Shown one piece after another: positions 1 through 13,424 of a stretch of DNA of 64,000 nucleotides. The translations under genes and the position numbers were made by a program. Under the pieces are notes generated by a model, which saw only the letters and a program-made list of their open reading frames with translations, did no database searches and had not been told where the DNA came from. The DNA lies in the IMG/VR virus record IMGVR_UViG_3300035156_000206, positions 227,968 to 291,967 of that record, one strand, 5' to 3'. Positions within the stretch are counted from its first letter, which is position 1. Each line of letters starts with the position of its first letter.

Positions 1-28
1 ATTATATACAAAATTTTATTTTTGTCAA
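1..28 (-). promoter_or_regulatory. sigma70-type promoter TTGACA-N16-TATAAT pointing out of the window
   Basis: ATTATA at 1-6 and TGTCAA at 23-28 on the + strand. Confidence 0.8.
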
Positions 29-154
29 CGATGTCGATACTGCCGAGGACTTGCGGTACCTGCGCACCATTATGACGATTGTAAACTCAAACCCGCCGAA
101 CGTACGGCGGTCGTGATAAATACCACGATCAATACTAGAACGGAGCAAAAATTA

Positions 155-3487
<3,333 letters not shown>

Positions 3488-3519
3488 ACACAACAAACAA
3501 GCAATCTGAGTTCATTACC

Positions 3520-3525
3520 TAAATA
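3520..3525 (+). promoter_or_regulatory. T4-late-like TAAATA promoter core
   Basis: TAAATA 60 nt upstream of ORF 3585; same motif precedes other + strand genes. Confidence 0.45.
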
Positions 3526-3526
3526 G

Positions 3527-3554
3527 GGGAGTAGAGAAATCTACTCCCTTTTTT
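3527..3554 (+). terminator. intrinsic terminator
   Basis: GGGAGTAGA-GAAA-TCTACTCCC followed by T6. Confidence 0.9.
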
Positions 3555-3584
3555 ATTCGATCAAACAGTTCTTAGGAGACAAGC

Positions 3585-4133
3585 ATGGAATACAACAAAG
3601 TAAGAGACACGCTCAAGGATGGACAAGTTGTGTTCATCCTGGCGAAGACCTGGAAACAAAAATTAATCTGCTTGGTGACAGGTGGGCGATTCTCACACGT
3701 TGGATTCCTCGTGTGGATGTATGATGGATTAGGGCGGAAACGTCTCATGTGCATCGAATCAAACTTCGGCGGAGCACGTCTTGTGCAAGCAAGTGCATAC
3801 ATTCCACGTGGAATGACAGTGCTCGACATAGGAATCGATTGGACAGAATACGAGGACAGTGCATTTGGAGATACAGGCAAGTTGCCGTACAGCATACCGA
3901 ACTTAGTACTGATCGGCATGAAGACCTTGCTGAATAAGGTGGGTTTGCGCAAGCTGGCAAAACTGGTACCACGTGATCACCACGGTGAGGTGTGCAGTGA
4001 GTATGTTGCTACCTTGCTTGTTGAAGTTGGTAGATACCAACTGGATGCATTTATCAGCCCACACGAACTATATGAAATGCTGATGTCTGCACCTGTGTTG
4101 CGGGGCGTGACGGTAATTGAAGCGGTTGACTAA
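3585..4133 (+). CDS. permuted papain-like NlpC/P60 amidase (YiiX/YaeF-like)
   Basis: Catalytic His first (GRFSHVG), Cys later (EVCSEYV), C-terminal ISPHEL motif. Confidence 0.8.
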   Translation: MEYNKVRDTLKDGQVVFILAKTWKQKLICLVTGGRFSHVGFLVWMYDGLGRKRLMCIESNFGGARLVQASAYIPRGMTVLDIGIDWTEYEDSAFGDTGKLPYSIPNLVLIGMKTLLNKVGLRKLAKLVPRDHHGEVCSEYVATLLVEVGRYQLDAFISPHELYEMLMSAPVLRGVTVIEAVD

Positions 4134-4264
4134 AAGGGCTTTCCTTTATGTTGATAACGCATAACCCATAGTTTATCCCCCTCATTCCACATCGCAAACC
4201 GTTTCCAAAATGATAAACGTTTACGCGATTATCATTTGTTTTGGAATGCTAATCCACCAGACGT

Positions 4265-4290
4265 AAAAAAAGCCCCGAAGGGCTTTTTTT
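4265..4290. terminator. bidirectional terminator
   Basis: A7-GCCC-CGAA-GGGC-T7 between convergent genes; same hairpin at 13394-13418. Confidence 0.9.
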
Positions 4291-4305
4291 ATTGCTTGTG
4301 TGGTA

Positions 4306-4899
4306 TTAACCCTTGACGTTGCCGCCGTAGCCGATGACGAATTCTGCCAGGCCCATCGCATAGCCGGCGCCGACCGCTTTGAAGGTCCAGTCGCCCGACG
4401 ATTTCTTGTAGACCGAACCGAACTGGACAGCGGTTTCGTTGCTAAAGTCGTCTTCCAGTTTGTAACCGCCGATGATGTCGTTGGTTTCGTCGTTGAACAG
4501 CGTAATCGATGCTTTGGAAACCTGGCCGAAGTTCTGGCGGCGCGCTTCGGCGTCGTGGATGGTAACAACGAATGCGATCTCGTCGACTGCTGCATCCAGC
4601 TTGGTGAAGTCGACAACTGCATCTTCGCCATCGCCACCGCCGGTGGTGTTGTCTGGGCTCTTGACCACGGAACCGTTCGGGAGCGCCAGCATGTTGTAGA
4701 AGACGAAGTGGCCATCATCGATCAGCTTTGGATCGCCAGCGGTATCGTAGTGGCAAACGAAGATGCTCAGGTCGAGATCGAAGTCGCTTCCGGTATCGGT
4801 TGCGTTTGTAGTCCACTTCAATTCCGCGCGAACGCGATTCAGGCCGACGACTTTGGACAGGTCAATGCGACCGCCTTTGGAAAGATTGATTCCCGACAT
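4306..4899 (-). CDS. terD: TerD family stress protein
   Basis: INLSKGGRIDLSK, FDLDLS, FVFYN, SPDNTTGGGDGED and WTFKAVG motifs; start at 4899 with GGAG RBS. Confidence 0.92.
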   Translation of the reverse strand: MSGINLSKGGRIDLSKVVGLNRVRAELKWTTNATDTGSDFDLDLSIFVCHYDTAGDPKLIDDGHFVFYNMLALPNGSVVKSPDNTTGGGDGEDAVVDFTKLDAAVDEIAFVVTIHDAEARRQNFGQVSKASITLFNDETNDIIGGYKLEDDFSNETAVQFGSVYKKSSGDWTFKAVGAGYAMGLAEFVIGYGGNVKG

Positions 4900-5004
4900 A
4901 ATAACTCCAGTGTGATGTTTTGTGAGATTGGGCGTCATCGCTGACAACACCCACTTTACTGCAAGCTGACAAAATTGTCAACAATTACTTTTTACTACTG
5001 TCGA

Positions 5005-5649
5005 TCAGATCGAGTCAAACTTGGCATCGGACATGCGCTGGAAGTGACCGCTAACTGCACGGTAGATTGCTTCTGCCAGTTCGGTGACCAGATCTGCAAC
5101 GATGAACCAGATGACCGAGATTGGCCAGTAAGCGATCCAGATCACGATCGATCCTTTGTTCGTGCTCGCTTGTGGAGCCACCAGCTTCAGCAGTTCCGAC
5201 ATCTTGGTGATATCTGCCCAGTTGGTCCCACGTGGAGCACCATACTTGATTTCTTTGACAAATGATGCCAGCATTTCAGCATCTGCTGAGTGAGCCTTGA
5301 AGTAGTCCAATGGCAGATTCTTCTGCCTCAGGAACGCTGCGCGCGAAGCAACAAACGCTTCGGCCTTCTTGGTCAGAAAGTTTGACCACTTGTATCGTGC
5401 CCAAAGTACCCCAATCACGGCATACAGTACGAGGGCGCCGGCCACGTAGAGTGGATTGGTGATGAAGTCGATGACTACTGGGAACTTTGCGGCAATGGCC
5501 ACGCCCAGTGCGATGGTGGCAATTGTTGCCCAACCTCCGCGTTCGTGGACAACGAAACACCAGAGAATGATCGTGATGATTGCCAATGGCACCCAGAAAA
5601 TTGGGAGTAAGGCAAGTAGTGCCAAATCTGCGAAAAGGGATGTGATCAT
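5005..5649 (-). CDS. membrane protein in Ter cluster
   Basis: Several hydrophobic helices; start at 5649 after AGGA. Confidence 0.7.
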   Translation of the reverse strand: MITSLFADLALLALLPIFWVPLAIITIILWCFVVHERGGWATIATIALGVAIAAKFPVVIDFITNPLYVAGALVLYAVIGVLWARYKWSNFLTKKAEAFVASRAAFLRQKNLPLDYFKAHSADAEMLASFVKEIKYGAPRGTNWADITKMSELLKLVAPQASTNKGSIVIWIAYWPISVIWFIVADLVTELAEAIYRAVSGHFQRMSDAKFDSI

Positions 5650-5715
5650 TTGAGATCCTGTAAGTGGGGTTAGAAAAAGGCTTGCTAGATTCAGCAAGCC
5701 TCTTGGTGTTTCAGA

Positions 5716-6786
5716 TCAGTACTCGTTGGTTACTGGCTCGTAAGGTGGCTTGATGACAGCACGGTCTTTGCGATTGTGCATGATCGATGAGATCAGCGCG
5801 ACGACAATGAATGCTGCACCAATTGTTCCCGATACCAGCTCGGACATGTGGTGGAATGTGCTGATGAACATGATCGTTGCCAGAGCACCAATTGCGTAGA
5901 ACGCACCGTGTTCAAGGTATCGGAATTCAGCCAGCGTGCCCTTGTCGACGAGATACAGTGTCATTGACCGGACGAACATTGCACCAACACCCAGGCCAAG
6001 CGCAATCACGAGCAGGTTGTTTGTCACAGCAAATGCACCAATCACACCATCGAACGAGAAGGACGCATCCAACACTTCGAGGTACAAGAAGCCCATCAGA
6101 CCGTTCTTTGCAACCATCACGGCCGTGCCGTTGGTAACAACTTCCTCTTCCTCGTTACCAGTGAACAACTCGAGGCTATCAACAAGCACGTATGTGATGA
6201 TGCCAGCCCCGCCTGCCATGAGGAACGAGATAGCTTCTGCAGGGATCGCAATATATTTGCTGACGATGTACAGGATAGCCATGGTAATGACGATCTGGAT
6301 GGATTCAGCATTGCCGATCTTGGCGAGCGGTTTCTCAATCATAGCAACCCAGTGCGTATCTTTCTCAGCGTCCAGAAAGAACTTGAGGAAGACCAACATC
6401 AGGAATGCTCCACCAAAGCCGGCGATCATGGAATGGGTTGCGGTCAATGTAGCAGCGTACTTGGCAGGATCATTCATTGCCATGACACTAACATCCCACA
6501 TGCCCATGCCTGTCGTGATTGCCACGATCAAGATAGGGAACACGATCCGCATGCCAAATACAGCGATCACCATACCGACGGTGAGGAACATCTTGCGCCA
6601 GAATGGCGTCATTTTGTTCAACTGCTTTGCATTTACCACCGCGTTGTCGATAGACAGCGATGTTTCGAGCAGACCCAACATCAGGACTGCGTAGAGGCCT
6701 GGCATACCACCGAAGTAGTAGCCCGCCCCTACAGCCAAGATCGTGAAAACGAACGACCAGTTAAAATAGCTGAGGGTGGACTTCAT
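5716..6786 (-). CDS. DUF475 / TerC-like integral membrane protein
   Basis: LETSLSIDNAVVNA, FLYLEVLDASFSFDGVIGAFA and YLEHGAFYAIG motifs. Confidence 0.9.
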   Translation of the reverse strand: MKSTLSYFNWSFVFTILAVGAGYYFGGMPGLYAVLMLGLLETSLSIDNAVVNAKQLNKMTPFWRKMFLTVGMVIAVFGMRIVFPILIVAITTGMGMWDVSVMAMNDPAKYAATLTATHSMIAGFGGAFLMLVFLKFFLDAEKDTHWVAMIEKPLAKIGNAESIQIVITMAILYIVSKYIAIPAEAISFLMAGGAGIITYVLVDSLELFTGNEEEEVVTNGTAVMVAKNGLMGFLYLEVLDASFSFDGVIGAFAVTNNLLVIALGLGVGAMFVRSMTLYLVDKGTLAEFRYLEHGAFYAIGALATIMFISTFHHMSELVSGTIGAAFIVVALISSIMHNRKDRAVIKPPYEPVTNEY

Positions 6787-6790
6787 GGTA

Positions 6791-7576
6791 TTAGGCGCCC
6801 GTCTTTGCTTTGTACCATTCGATGAATTCGCGGTTCAGCAGCTTGCCGTACAGGTCTTCATCGGACATATTTTCGATCTGGTTGGCATTGAAGAAGCCAA
6901 CATTGTCGTACTTGTCTGCCATGCGCTGCAGGAAGCGGAACGCGCAGCCCGAACCTGGGTCGCTGATGCCGATGAACTGGTAGTAGACGGCGGCATCTTT
7001 GAATTCTTCGAACAGCGTTTCGGTGGCCGTTTCGTCACCATTGTCACCATCGGTTACGATGATTGCGTAAGCTGGTGGCTTGGCTTTACCAGTAGCAGCC
7101 GGGGCAACAGGCTCAGGAGCCGGGGTCGCTTTGCCAAACAGCTTGCCGAGGATGCCCTTTGCTGCGGTAGTGGCGCCGGCAATACTGGCCGAGACGGCAC
7201 TTGGCTTGTAACGATCGTTGATCAGGCGCAGCAGTGGCGAATAGTTGGTGCCGGACCAAAGACGCAGGGAGCTGTTGTTCAGGATATGCTTGTTGACGTA
7301 GTCACCGAACATTGATTCTTTGACGTCCGGTGCTTCTTGTGCGTTTGAACCGAACACGAATGCATCGAGCGTTGCATTGTCGTCGAACTTCATGGCCAGC
7401 GGGAAGACGCGCTGCACGGTGTTGTGCATGACGCCGCGCGAGAACAACCCTTGGGCGGAGCCGGACACGTCCAGCGAAATGCTGACCTGGGCACAGATTT
7501 TCGGTGCCGAGCGTTTCATCAGGATGATATCGACTTTCTTGCGCAGGTCGATGAGGTTTGGTTGGTCAATGGCCAT
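6791..7576 (-). CDS. Ter-associated vWA domain protein
   Basis: MIDAS motifs DVSGSA, GTNY and IIVTDG; YYQFIGI. Confidence 0.88.
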   Translation of the reverse strand: MAIDQPNLIDLRKKVDIILMKRSAPKICAQVSISLDVSGSAQGLFSRGVMHNTVQRVFPLAMKFDDNATLDAFVFGSNAQEAPDVKESMFGDYVNKHILNNSSLRLWSGTNYSPLLRLINDRYKPSAVSASIAGATTAAKGILGKLFGKATPAPEPVAPAATGKAKPPAYAIIVTDGDNGDETATETLFEEFKDAAVYYQFIGISDPGSGCAFRFLQRMADKYDNVGFFNANQIENMSDEDLYGKLLNREFIEWYKAKTGA

Positions 7577-7578
7577 GG

Positions 7579-8727
7579 TTATTTCCTTTGGATAAGTTTG
7601 GTTTGCAACTCTTTTTGCATCTCGGCTACGCGGTTTGACACGAGCTTACGATGTTTGGCACCTTCTTCGGTGATCTGGAATACTCCCTGGATCCCCGAAA
7701 TAAGTTCTGATTGGACATGCTCGATCGTTGTTAGATCGATAATGCCACGCTGACTTTGTTGCGCAACCGCAATGGACGTCTGCTTCAGCTTGGTAGCTGT
7801 ATCGCGAGCCATTTGGTTGGTAAAGTCATTGATTTGGGTTGACAGCTGGGCACCACGAGCTTGCTCGTCTACCATCATCCCGACCATGAACTGACGCTTC
7901 CAGTTCGGGACAACGTGTGCCTTCACGAGCTTGAACTGCTCGATCAGGTGAACACCATTCTGTTGCATCAAGCGAATTGCCGGTGCCGTTTGATAGGCAG
8001 CCATTTTCAGGCGCTCGAAGTTCGATGCCTTCATGTCGAGACTTACCAAATAGTTCTTGGCATCATTGACTTGTTGGACATCGTAAGGATCTGGGTTGGG
8101 GCCAAGGCTGGCTACGAAGGCATCGGTCTCGACCTGCAGCTCTTCAATCGCCAAGCGGGAAGCAAGCACGAGCTTGTCCAGAGCATGGTACTGATCCATG
8201 TTGGCTTCGTACAGGTCTTCCATGATGTCGAGTCGCTTGCTGATGCCCGAGGAGAATACATCCACCTCATTGACGATCTTTTCCACCTGGGTGGTAGCCA
8301 AATCAAATTGGCCAACGACGCGATCTTTTGTATTGCGGAATTTGTCGAGCCAGCCACCAATGACAGGCAGGCGGCTCTTCTGGTTCAGCACACCAATGTT
8401 GATACCTTTGGCTGCGATGATGATGTTAGTGAGCTTGTCACCAACAAAGTCCAAATCGCTGGACTTGCTGTGTTGCAGCATATTGTCTGCCATATCGGCA
8501 ATACGATCCTGCACATCATCACCGAACGCTACCAGAGCCGTAGGATCTACCTTCACCAGCTGATCCTTGAGCTTACGGATCTCGGCCATTCCTTCTGAGC
8601 TGTACTTGGCCATCGCCGTGTTTAATACAGAAGGACTACCGTTCAGCGAAGCATTTGTCGCTACAGCGGATGAGCCAAAAGGACTCGATTCGCTTGTGCG
8701 CGCAGACTGCGATTTGAACTGTTTCAT
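7579..8727 (-). CDS. telA: toxic anion resistance protein TelA
   Basis: Coiled-coil with AFGDDVQ, QTAPAIRLMQ and VPNWKRQ motifs; start at 8727. Confidence 0.85.
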   Translation of the reverse strand: MKQFKSQSARTSESSPFGSSAVATNASLNGSPSVLNTAMAKYSSEGMAEIRKLKDQLVKVDPTALVAFGDDVQDRIADMADNMLQHSKSSDLDFVGDKLTNIIIAAKGINIGVLNQKSRLPVIGGWLDKFRNTKDRVVGQFDLATTQVEKIVNEVDVFSSGISKRLDIMEDLYEANMDQYHALDKLVLASRLAIEELQVETDAFVASLGPNPDPYDVQQVNDAKNYLVSLDMKASNFERLKMAAYQTAPAIRLMQQNGVHLIEQFKLVKAHVVPNWKRQFMVGMMVDEQARGAQLSTQINDFTNQMARDTATKLKQTSIAVAQQSQRGIIDLTTIEHVQSELISGIQGVFQITEEGAKHRKLVSNRVAEMQKELQTKLIQRK

Positions 8728-8814
8728 TCGATCTCCCTTAACAATGACATCATTATACGGATGGGCTATACGAAAAGTCAACAAATATTTCTGCTAACTT
8801 TGAAACTGAAGGGT

Positions 8815-10059
8815 CTAAGCCAGAATTTGTTTCAGGGAGGTGAACGATTGCTCGATTTCAGCCAATACACCTTTCTTGCGAATGAACTGCTTATCCATCT
8901 GCAAGTCGGCGATCTTGGATGCCGAGGATGTCTCGAGAGCGGACATCAACACAACACATTGCTGTTTCCACGTGGGAACAACTGTCTGCGATATTTGTTG
9001 AATTCGATCTGCCTTGTCTTTACTTGCCATCTGCAACATTCGGATCGCAGGTGCATTCAGAATAACTGAGTGGGCAAGCTTTTCAAGTTCAGTGACCTTA
9101 CGCTCAAACCGAGTAACACTGTCACGGAAGTATGCCAAGTCCTGCCCAGCAAAAATGTTGGTAGTATCGACTGTCTTTTCCATTTCAGGAAGAGTCTTGG
9201 TGAGGTGACGTTCTGTAATGATCTTGCCAGCAATAACGTGCAGGTTCAATAAGGTGAAGTTGTCACGATTGTTCTTGAATACATCATCAAACGAATCAAT
9301 CAATTTGAGCAGTTCAGACACGCTAGACTTCAGTTCCACAACCAGCACGTCCACTCTATTGATATTGTTTTGGAACTTCTGTACAACTTCGTTAACGGAA
9401 GGTACGTACGCTCCTTGACGGATCCAACGCATCAGACCAGATTCTTGTGGAGTGGTGAGGATGGTGGTGAGCTCTTTGGATGCTTCCATTGTGATCAATA
9501 GGTCTTGGATCTTGTCATTGACCTGGGAAGTCTTACCAGATGTCTGCTCTTTGATGATCCCATCGATCAGCGTACCAAACCGAACGCGCTGCTCGTCGGA
9601 ATAATGCAACACGTAGGATGCGTCTGCAATGTCGGCAGCATCAACGATGTTACGTACTCGAGCTATGTCTTTGTGGGAGAGTTTAACACAAAGTGGGTGG
9701 TCGCGGTAGAATGGATCCACCACATCAACACCAACAGCTTTACTCGGGAAAAGTACTTTCCCGGCAGTGCCCTTGGGAGCAGGCTTAGGTATAGGTATAG
9801 GTATAGGTATAGGGGATTTTGGTGCCCGTTCGAGTTCCATCCGCTTCTGCAATTCCTCCCGGACCATGCGCCGTTGTTCTTCGAGGCGCAGATGTTCTTC
9901 GTTGGTCATTACCGATTTGGTAGGATCGTCTACAACAGGAGAAGGCTTTGGTGCTGGAGTAGGCATAGTCCGCGCAGGAGCGGACTTGAATACCTGCTTC
10001 GGTTTGTTTGGTTGTGCCATGGTCGTTACTTTATTTGGGAAGAGCGGTTTCGGTTCCAT
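8815..10059 (-). CDS. TelA-like paralogue with Pro-rich N-terminus
   Basis: APAIRMLQ and VVPTWKQQ match the adjacent TelA; (GGTATA)n repeat encodes PIPIPIP. Confidence 0.7.
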   Translation of the reverse strand: MEPKPLFPNKVTTMAQPNKPKQVFKSAPARTMPTPAPKPSPVVDDPTKSVMTNEEHLRLEEQRRMVREELQKRMELERAPKSPIPIPIPIPKPAPKGTAGKVLFPSKAVGVDVVDPFYRDHPLCVKLSHKDIARVRNIVDAADIADASYVLHYSDEQRVRFGTLIDGIIKEQTSGKTSQVNDKIQDLLITMEASKELTTILTTPQESGLMRWIRQGAYVPSVNEVVQKFQNNINRVDVLVVELKSSVSELLKLIDSFDDVFKNNRDNFTLLNLHVIAGKIITERHLTKTLPEMEKTVDTTNIFAGQDLAYFRDSVTRFERKVTELEKLAHSVILNAPAIRMLQMASKDKADRIQQISQTVVPTWKQQCVVLMSALETSSASKIADLQMDKQFIRKKGVLAEIEQSFTSLKQILA

Positions 10060-10072
10060 TACACAACTTTGG

Positions 10073-10543
10073 TTACTTCCCTGAGGCTAATTTGTAGATG
10101 TCGAGCCAAGTGCCCTCGTGGTAGATCTTTTCGACCGTCACTGGGTTGATAATCGTCTCGCTGTGTATTGGAGGAGTGAAATCCACCGCAGCATTGCCGG
10201 TCACTTCACGGGCGGCAATACGCTCTGGTTCCACAAGCATTACGATGTATGAGGACTTTTTGCCAGTGATCTTAATAACATCACCTGGCTTAAGCTGAGT
10301 TACAGCCCAACGGCCGCAAATGGATTGCATGGTAGCTTTCCGGGCAGTTTTGGCGGCAGCAGCTTTCTCGCGCACCTTGTTCCAGCCATTAGCTTTTTCG
10401 CTGATGTGTTCGTCTAACATCACATTCAATGCCTTCTTGAAGGCAACCATCTGACCTTTGTTCTTGAAAGGCAAAGACTTAAATCGGCCTACCATTCCTT
10501 GAATGATAGTTGCATGTGGTACTACTTTTGTTTCGTCAGTCAT
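10073..10543 (-). CDS. hypothetical protein
   Basis: ORF with AAGGA RBS and its own upstream promoter. Confidence 0.7.
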   Translation of the reverse strand: MTDETKVVPHATIIQGMVGRFKSLPFKNKGQMVAFKKALNVMLDEHISEKANGWNKVREKAAAAKTARKATMQSICGRWAVTQLKPGDVIKITGKKSSYIVMLVEPERIAAREVTGNAAVDFTPPIHSETIINPVTVEKIYHEGTWLDIYKLASGK

Positions 10544-10613
10544 GATGTCCTTTAGGGAATCGCTTCACAATTACCTATACTGTAAAGCAATTCCTCTTAA
10601 TAGTCAACAAAAA

Positions 10614-10946
10614 TTAGCAGGTGAGAATGTTCTTCCCAATGCCTGGCATCATCGGTGGATTGACGTCTACTGGATGATACGGAAACTGTGGGTACACCGG
10701 GAGGACATTAGGTGATGGTGCCTGCTTGTCAATCTCCTTCATCAGGCGCTGAAGCGCTTCATTAGGAGACACCTTAACTGTACCTGGTGCTACTACCGCT
10801 GCTGGCTTAGCCAATGGCGGTGTTGTTTTTGTCAACACAGTGTCCAAATGTTGACAAATCGATAACCATTGCTCTGGTGTAGGGACTTTGTCCCCCGCCA
10901 GCTCAACGAAACCTGTTAACCAATATGCGAATTGTTCTGGGTTCAT
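10614..10946 (-). CDS. small phage protein (MNPEQFAYWLTGFVEL type)
   Basis: ATGA overlap with the ligase stop codon. Confidence 0.75.
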   Translation of the reverse strand: MNPEQFAYWLTGFVELAGDKVPTPEQWLSICQHLDTVLTKTTPPLAKPAAVVAPGTVKVSPNEALQRLMKEIDKQAPSPNVLPVYPQFPYHPVDVNPPMMPGIGKNILTC

Positions 10947-11980
10947 GCTATTTCCTTTCCGATGTTTGCGATATACCAATCTTTACCTACACGATTGACC
11001 TTGCCCATTACTTCTTTTGCGACCAGACCACTTGCTTCAATGGTATCCAGTTCTTCTTTGATGACGTCCGAACCCAGGAACTTCAGGAATGTTCCGATGT
11101 TCTTCACATCATCAGCATCTAGGCCCATTTCGACCACTTTGCCCTTCATCTGCATCAGACGGTTCTCCGTAACCACTTTGGTTGCGAATTCGTTGATGCT
11201 GTTGACCTTCTCCACATCCACCTCAGCCAGAACTTTGACCTTCGATGCCGAGTGCTTCTCGCCTTTTACTTTGAACAGAAGTCCACGCTGGTAAAAACGC
11301 TCGTCTGTGTCTACACAGCTCCAAACAATGCCTTCACCTACGCCATTGTCAACGCCAAAGTGCTTAGCTACTGGGCACTCTGTTTCGACCTCAATTGTCA
11401 GTTCAACCAGTTTGTTTTGGCTCAGCTCAGGGTTGGTGAAATCAATGTCCATCTCCCAAGTTGGGAATTCGAAGATTGAGTACACGTTCTGTGAACTGAA
11501 TGCTTCGCCCATTGCTGAGAAGAGTTCGTCCTGGATGTTTTTGCCTAGGTAGCGAGTTGTTTCGCCCGTGCCGTGACGGATACCAAAGATCACAAACATC
11601 TTTGGTAAGCCACTGATCCCAACACCCTTTTGGATGTTGCCACCGCACCACTCACCGTAGATCGTGAGGGTTTCATCAGTACCCAGGCCGGCCAGTTGGC
11701 GGATATTGCCGAAAGCCAGTTCCCACATTGCTGTACGGGTGTGGACATACTGAGCAAACCCTGCATTGTCACTTTCAGGTGTGATGATGCGCTCACGCGA
11801 TTGAGCCCAAAGTACACCGGACTCTTGCACCACTGACGAATTGGTTCCGTGCAGCTTAACAGTTCCACGGAACTTCAGCACCGGAGCTGGGATTGTGTGA
11901 TAGTTGCACATATCACGGACGTGTTTGACGATCGAGCGAAATTGGTCGATCGATGGGTATTTAATGTGTTCCATGGTCAT
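10943..11980 (-). CDS. Rnl2-family RNA ligase
   Basis: Motif I TVKLHGTN, IYGEWCGGNIQKG, FVIFGI, GEGIVW, FKVKGEKH. Confidence 0.88.
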   Translation of the reverse strand: MTMEHIKYPSIDQFRSIVKHVRDMCNYHTIPAPVLKFRGTVKLHGTNSSVVQESGVLWAQSRERIITPESDNAGFAQYVHTRTAMWELAFGNIRQLAGLGTDETLTIYGEWCGGNIQKGVGISGLPKMFVIFGIRHGTGETTRYLGKNIQDELFSAMGEAFSSQNVYSIFEFPTWEMDIDFTNPELSQNKLVELTIEVETECPVAKHFGVDNGVGEGIVWSCVDTDERFYQRGLLFKVKGEKHSASKVKVLAEVDVEKVNSINEFATKVVTENRLMQMKGKVVEMGLDADDVKNIGTFLKFLGSDVIKEELDTIEASGLVAKEVMGKVNRVGKDWYIANIGKEIA

Positions 11981-12177
11981 TCTCCTTGTTTGGGGACCCA
12001 ATAAAATATGGGATTGTTTCGTTTGTGTTGGCGTTGCCGCTCTTCTACGCCGTACCAATAGGTGCCGCTCCATTCCATCAGAAAGCTCACCACTCCACAC
12101 CGCAGTTGCATCACTACAATATAATGCCCCGGGTTGATTGGTGTTCTTTCGTATATCCCAAAGCGGCGGTTACTCAT
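11977..12177 (-). CDS. hypothetical protein
   Basis: ATGA-coupled on both sides. Confidence 0.6.
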   Translation of the reverse strand: MSNRRFGIYERTPINPGHYIVVMQLRCGVVSFLMEWSGTYWYGVEERQRQHKRNNPIFYWVPKQGE

Positions 12178-12536
12178 TTTGAATTGTGCTGATCGTACCA
12201 GCTCACATGGAAGTGATCATCAACCGTCTGCACAATATCGCTCACATTGAATCGCAACGCTTGTTGGATATTGGCAAACAGCGTCTTCGCATCATCTCCA
12301 AACCACAAAAATCCATAGCCTGGTAACCCATAGTTGGTATTTGGCTTGATGATGCCGCTGAACCGATCGCACACCAACTCCAGATGTTTGCCTTGTACTT
12401 CAATTGACTCGACTTGTTCCGGACGAATCCACGTCTTGAATTGTGCGATCACTGTCTCGTACTCTTCTCGCTTGTACTCGTATGGAAGGTCCGAGAGCGT
12501 TACTCCACGACCACCTTCTGTAGTGACGATGATCAT
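12174..12536 (-). CDS. hypothetical protein
   Basis: ATGA-coupled ORF. Confidence 0.7.
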   Translation of the reverse strand: MIIVTTEGGRGVTLSDLPYEYKREEYETVIAQFKTWIRPEQVESIEVQGKHLELVCDRFSGIIKPNTNYGLPGYGFLWFGDDAKTLFANIQQALRFNVSDIVQTVDDHFHVSWYDQHNSK

Positions 12537-13066
12537 TCTGGTACCCTGTCAGCTACACTATCTCCCACCGGGTCAAACTGCAGCAGGAAGTTGAGCACTT
12601 GAGCCCAGCTCTGGTATTCGTTCTGGTGACCATAAGTCAACAGAGTGCCAGCAAACTCTTCGATGTGAGCCTTGTGTGGCCGATCATCGATCAGGAAGTC
12701 CCGCTGGGTACCAAGAGTACCTTTATTTGGGGTGATGATCACACTTTTGAACAGCTCAGGGATGTGCTCTTGGACCCAGAACAGCTTTTCGGCCGCTGCA
12801 TACGGGTTATCATGAGGAATCTTGGTAGCGATCCAGACATCAAACCCATGAGCGATCAGGATGCGTATGCTGTCGATTGCGTGAGGAAGGGGCTTCAGAT
12901 TGCGGTATGCACCAGGACGAAGTTTGAACTCTTCAGAGGTAAGACCGGATTTGTCTCGGCATGAGCCGAAGTCAGCAGTGACACCATCAAGGTCAACGAA
13001 GACGCGACGGGCGCCACCATTGTAGCCTTTGGCGGTATAGAATTTGCGACGGGTAATGTTGGACAT
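12533..13066 (-). CDS. 5'(3')-deoxyribonucleotidase, NT5C/HAD family
   Basis: VFVDLDGVTADF and LIDDRP motifs. Confidence 0.88.
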   Translation of the reverse strand: MSNITRRKFYTAKGYNGGARRVFVDLDGVTADFGSCRDKSGLTSEEFKLRPGAYRNLKPLPHAIDSIRILIAHGFDVWIATKIPHDNPYAAAEKLFWVQEHIPELFKSVIITPNKGTLGTQRDFLIDDRPHKAHIEEFAGTLLTYGHQNEYQSWAQVLNFLLQFDPVGDSVADRVPE

Positions 13067-13137
13067 CGATGTCTCTCAGGTTGTTTGTTCCAGATGGAAC
13101 TATACGACAACCTGATCAACATGTCAACTGAGGGAAA

Positions 13138-13332
13138 CTACTTTTTCTTTGGAAAGGTGTCTAACCAGCACTCGTGGACGAACGGAGGCACTTGAGTCGT
13201 AGGCTCAGAGCGACCATTGCACAACAGTTGCATGGTAGTTACTTGCCAATAAATCTTGAAGCATAGCAGGACAGCAATGATGCATGAGACAGCAAAGACT
13301 AGGCCAGCAAAGACGCGTAGAAGCTTCTTCAT
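13138..13332 (-). CDS. small membrane protein
   Basis: GGAGG RBS, N-terminal hydrophobic helix. Confidence 0.65.
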   Translation of the reverse strand: MKKLLRVFAGLVFAVSCIIAVLLCFKIYWQVTTMQLLCNGRSEPTTQVPPFVHECWLDTFPKKK

Positions 13333-13424
13333 AATGTACCTCCATATTTAGGGTATATTGGTATATAGTACCATATCCCTAAACAATGGACGGAAAAAAA
13401 GCCCCGAAGGGCTTTTTTGATGTC

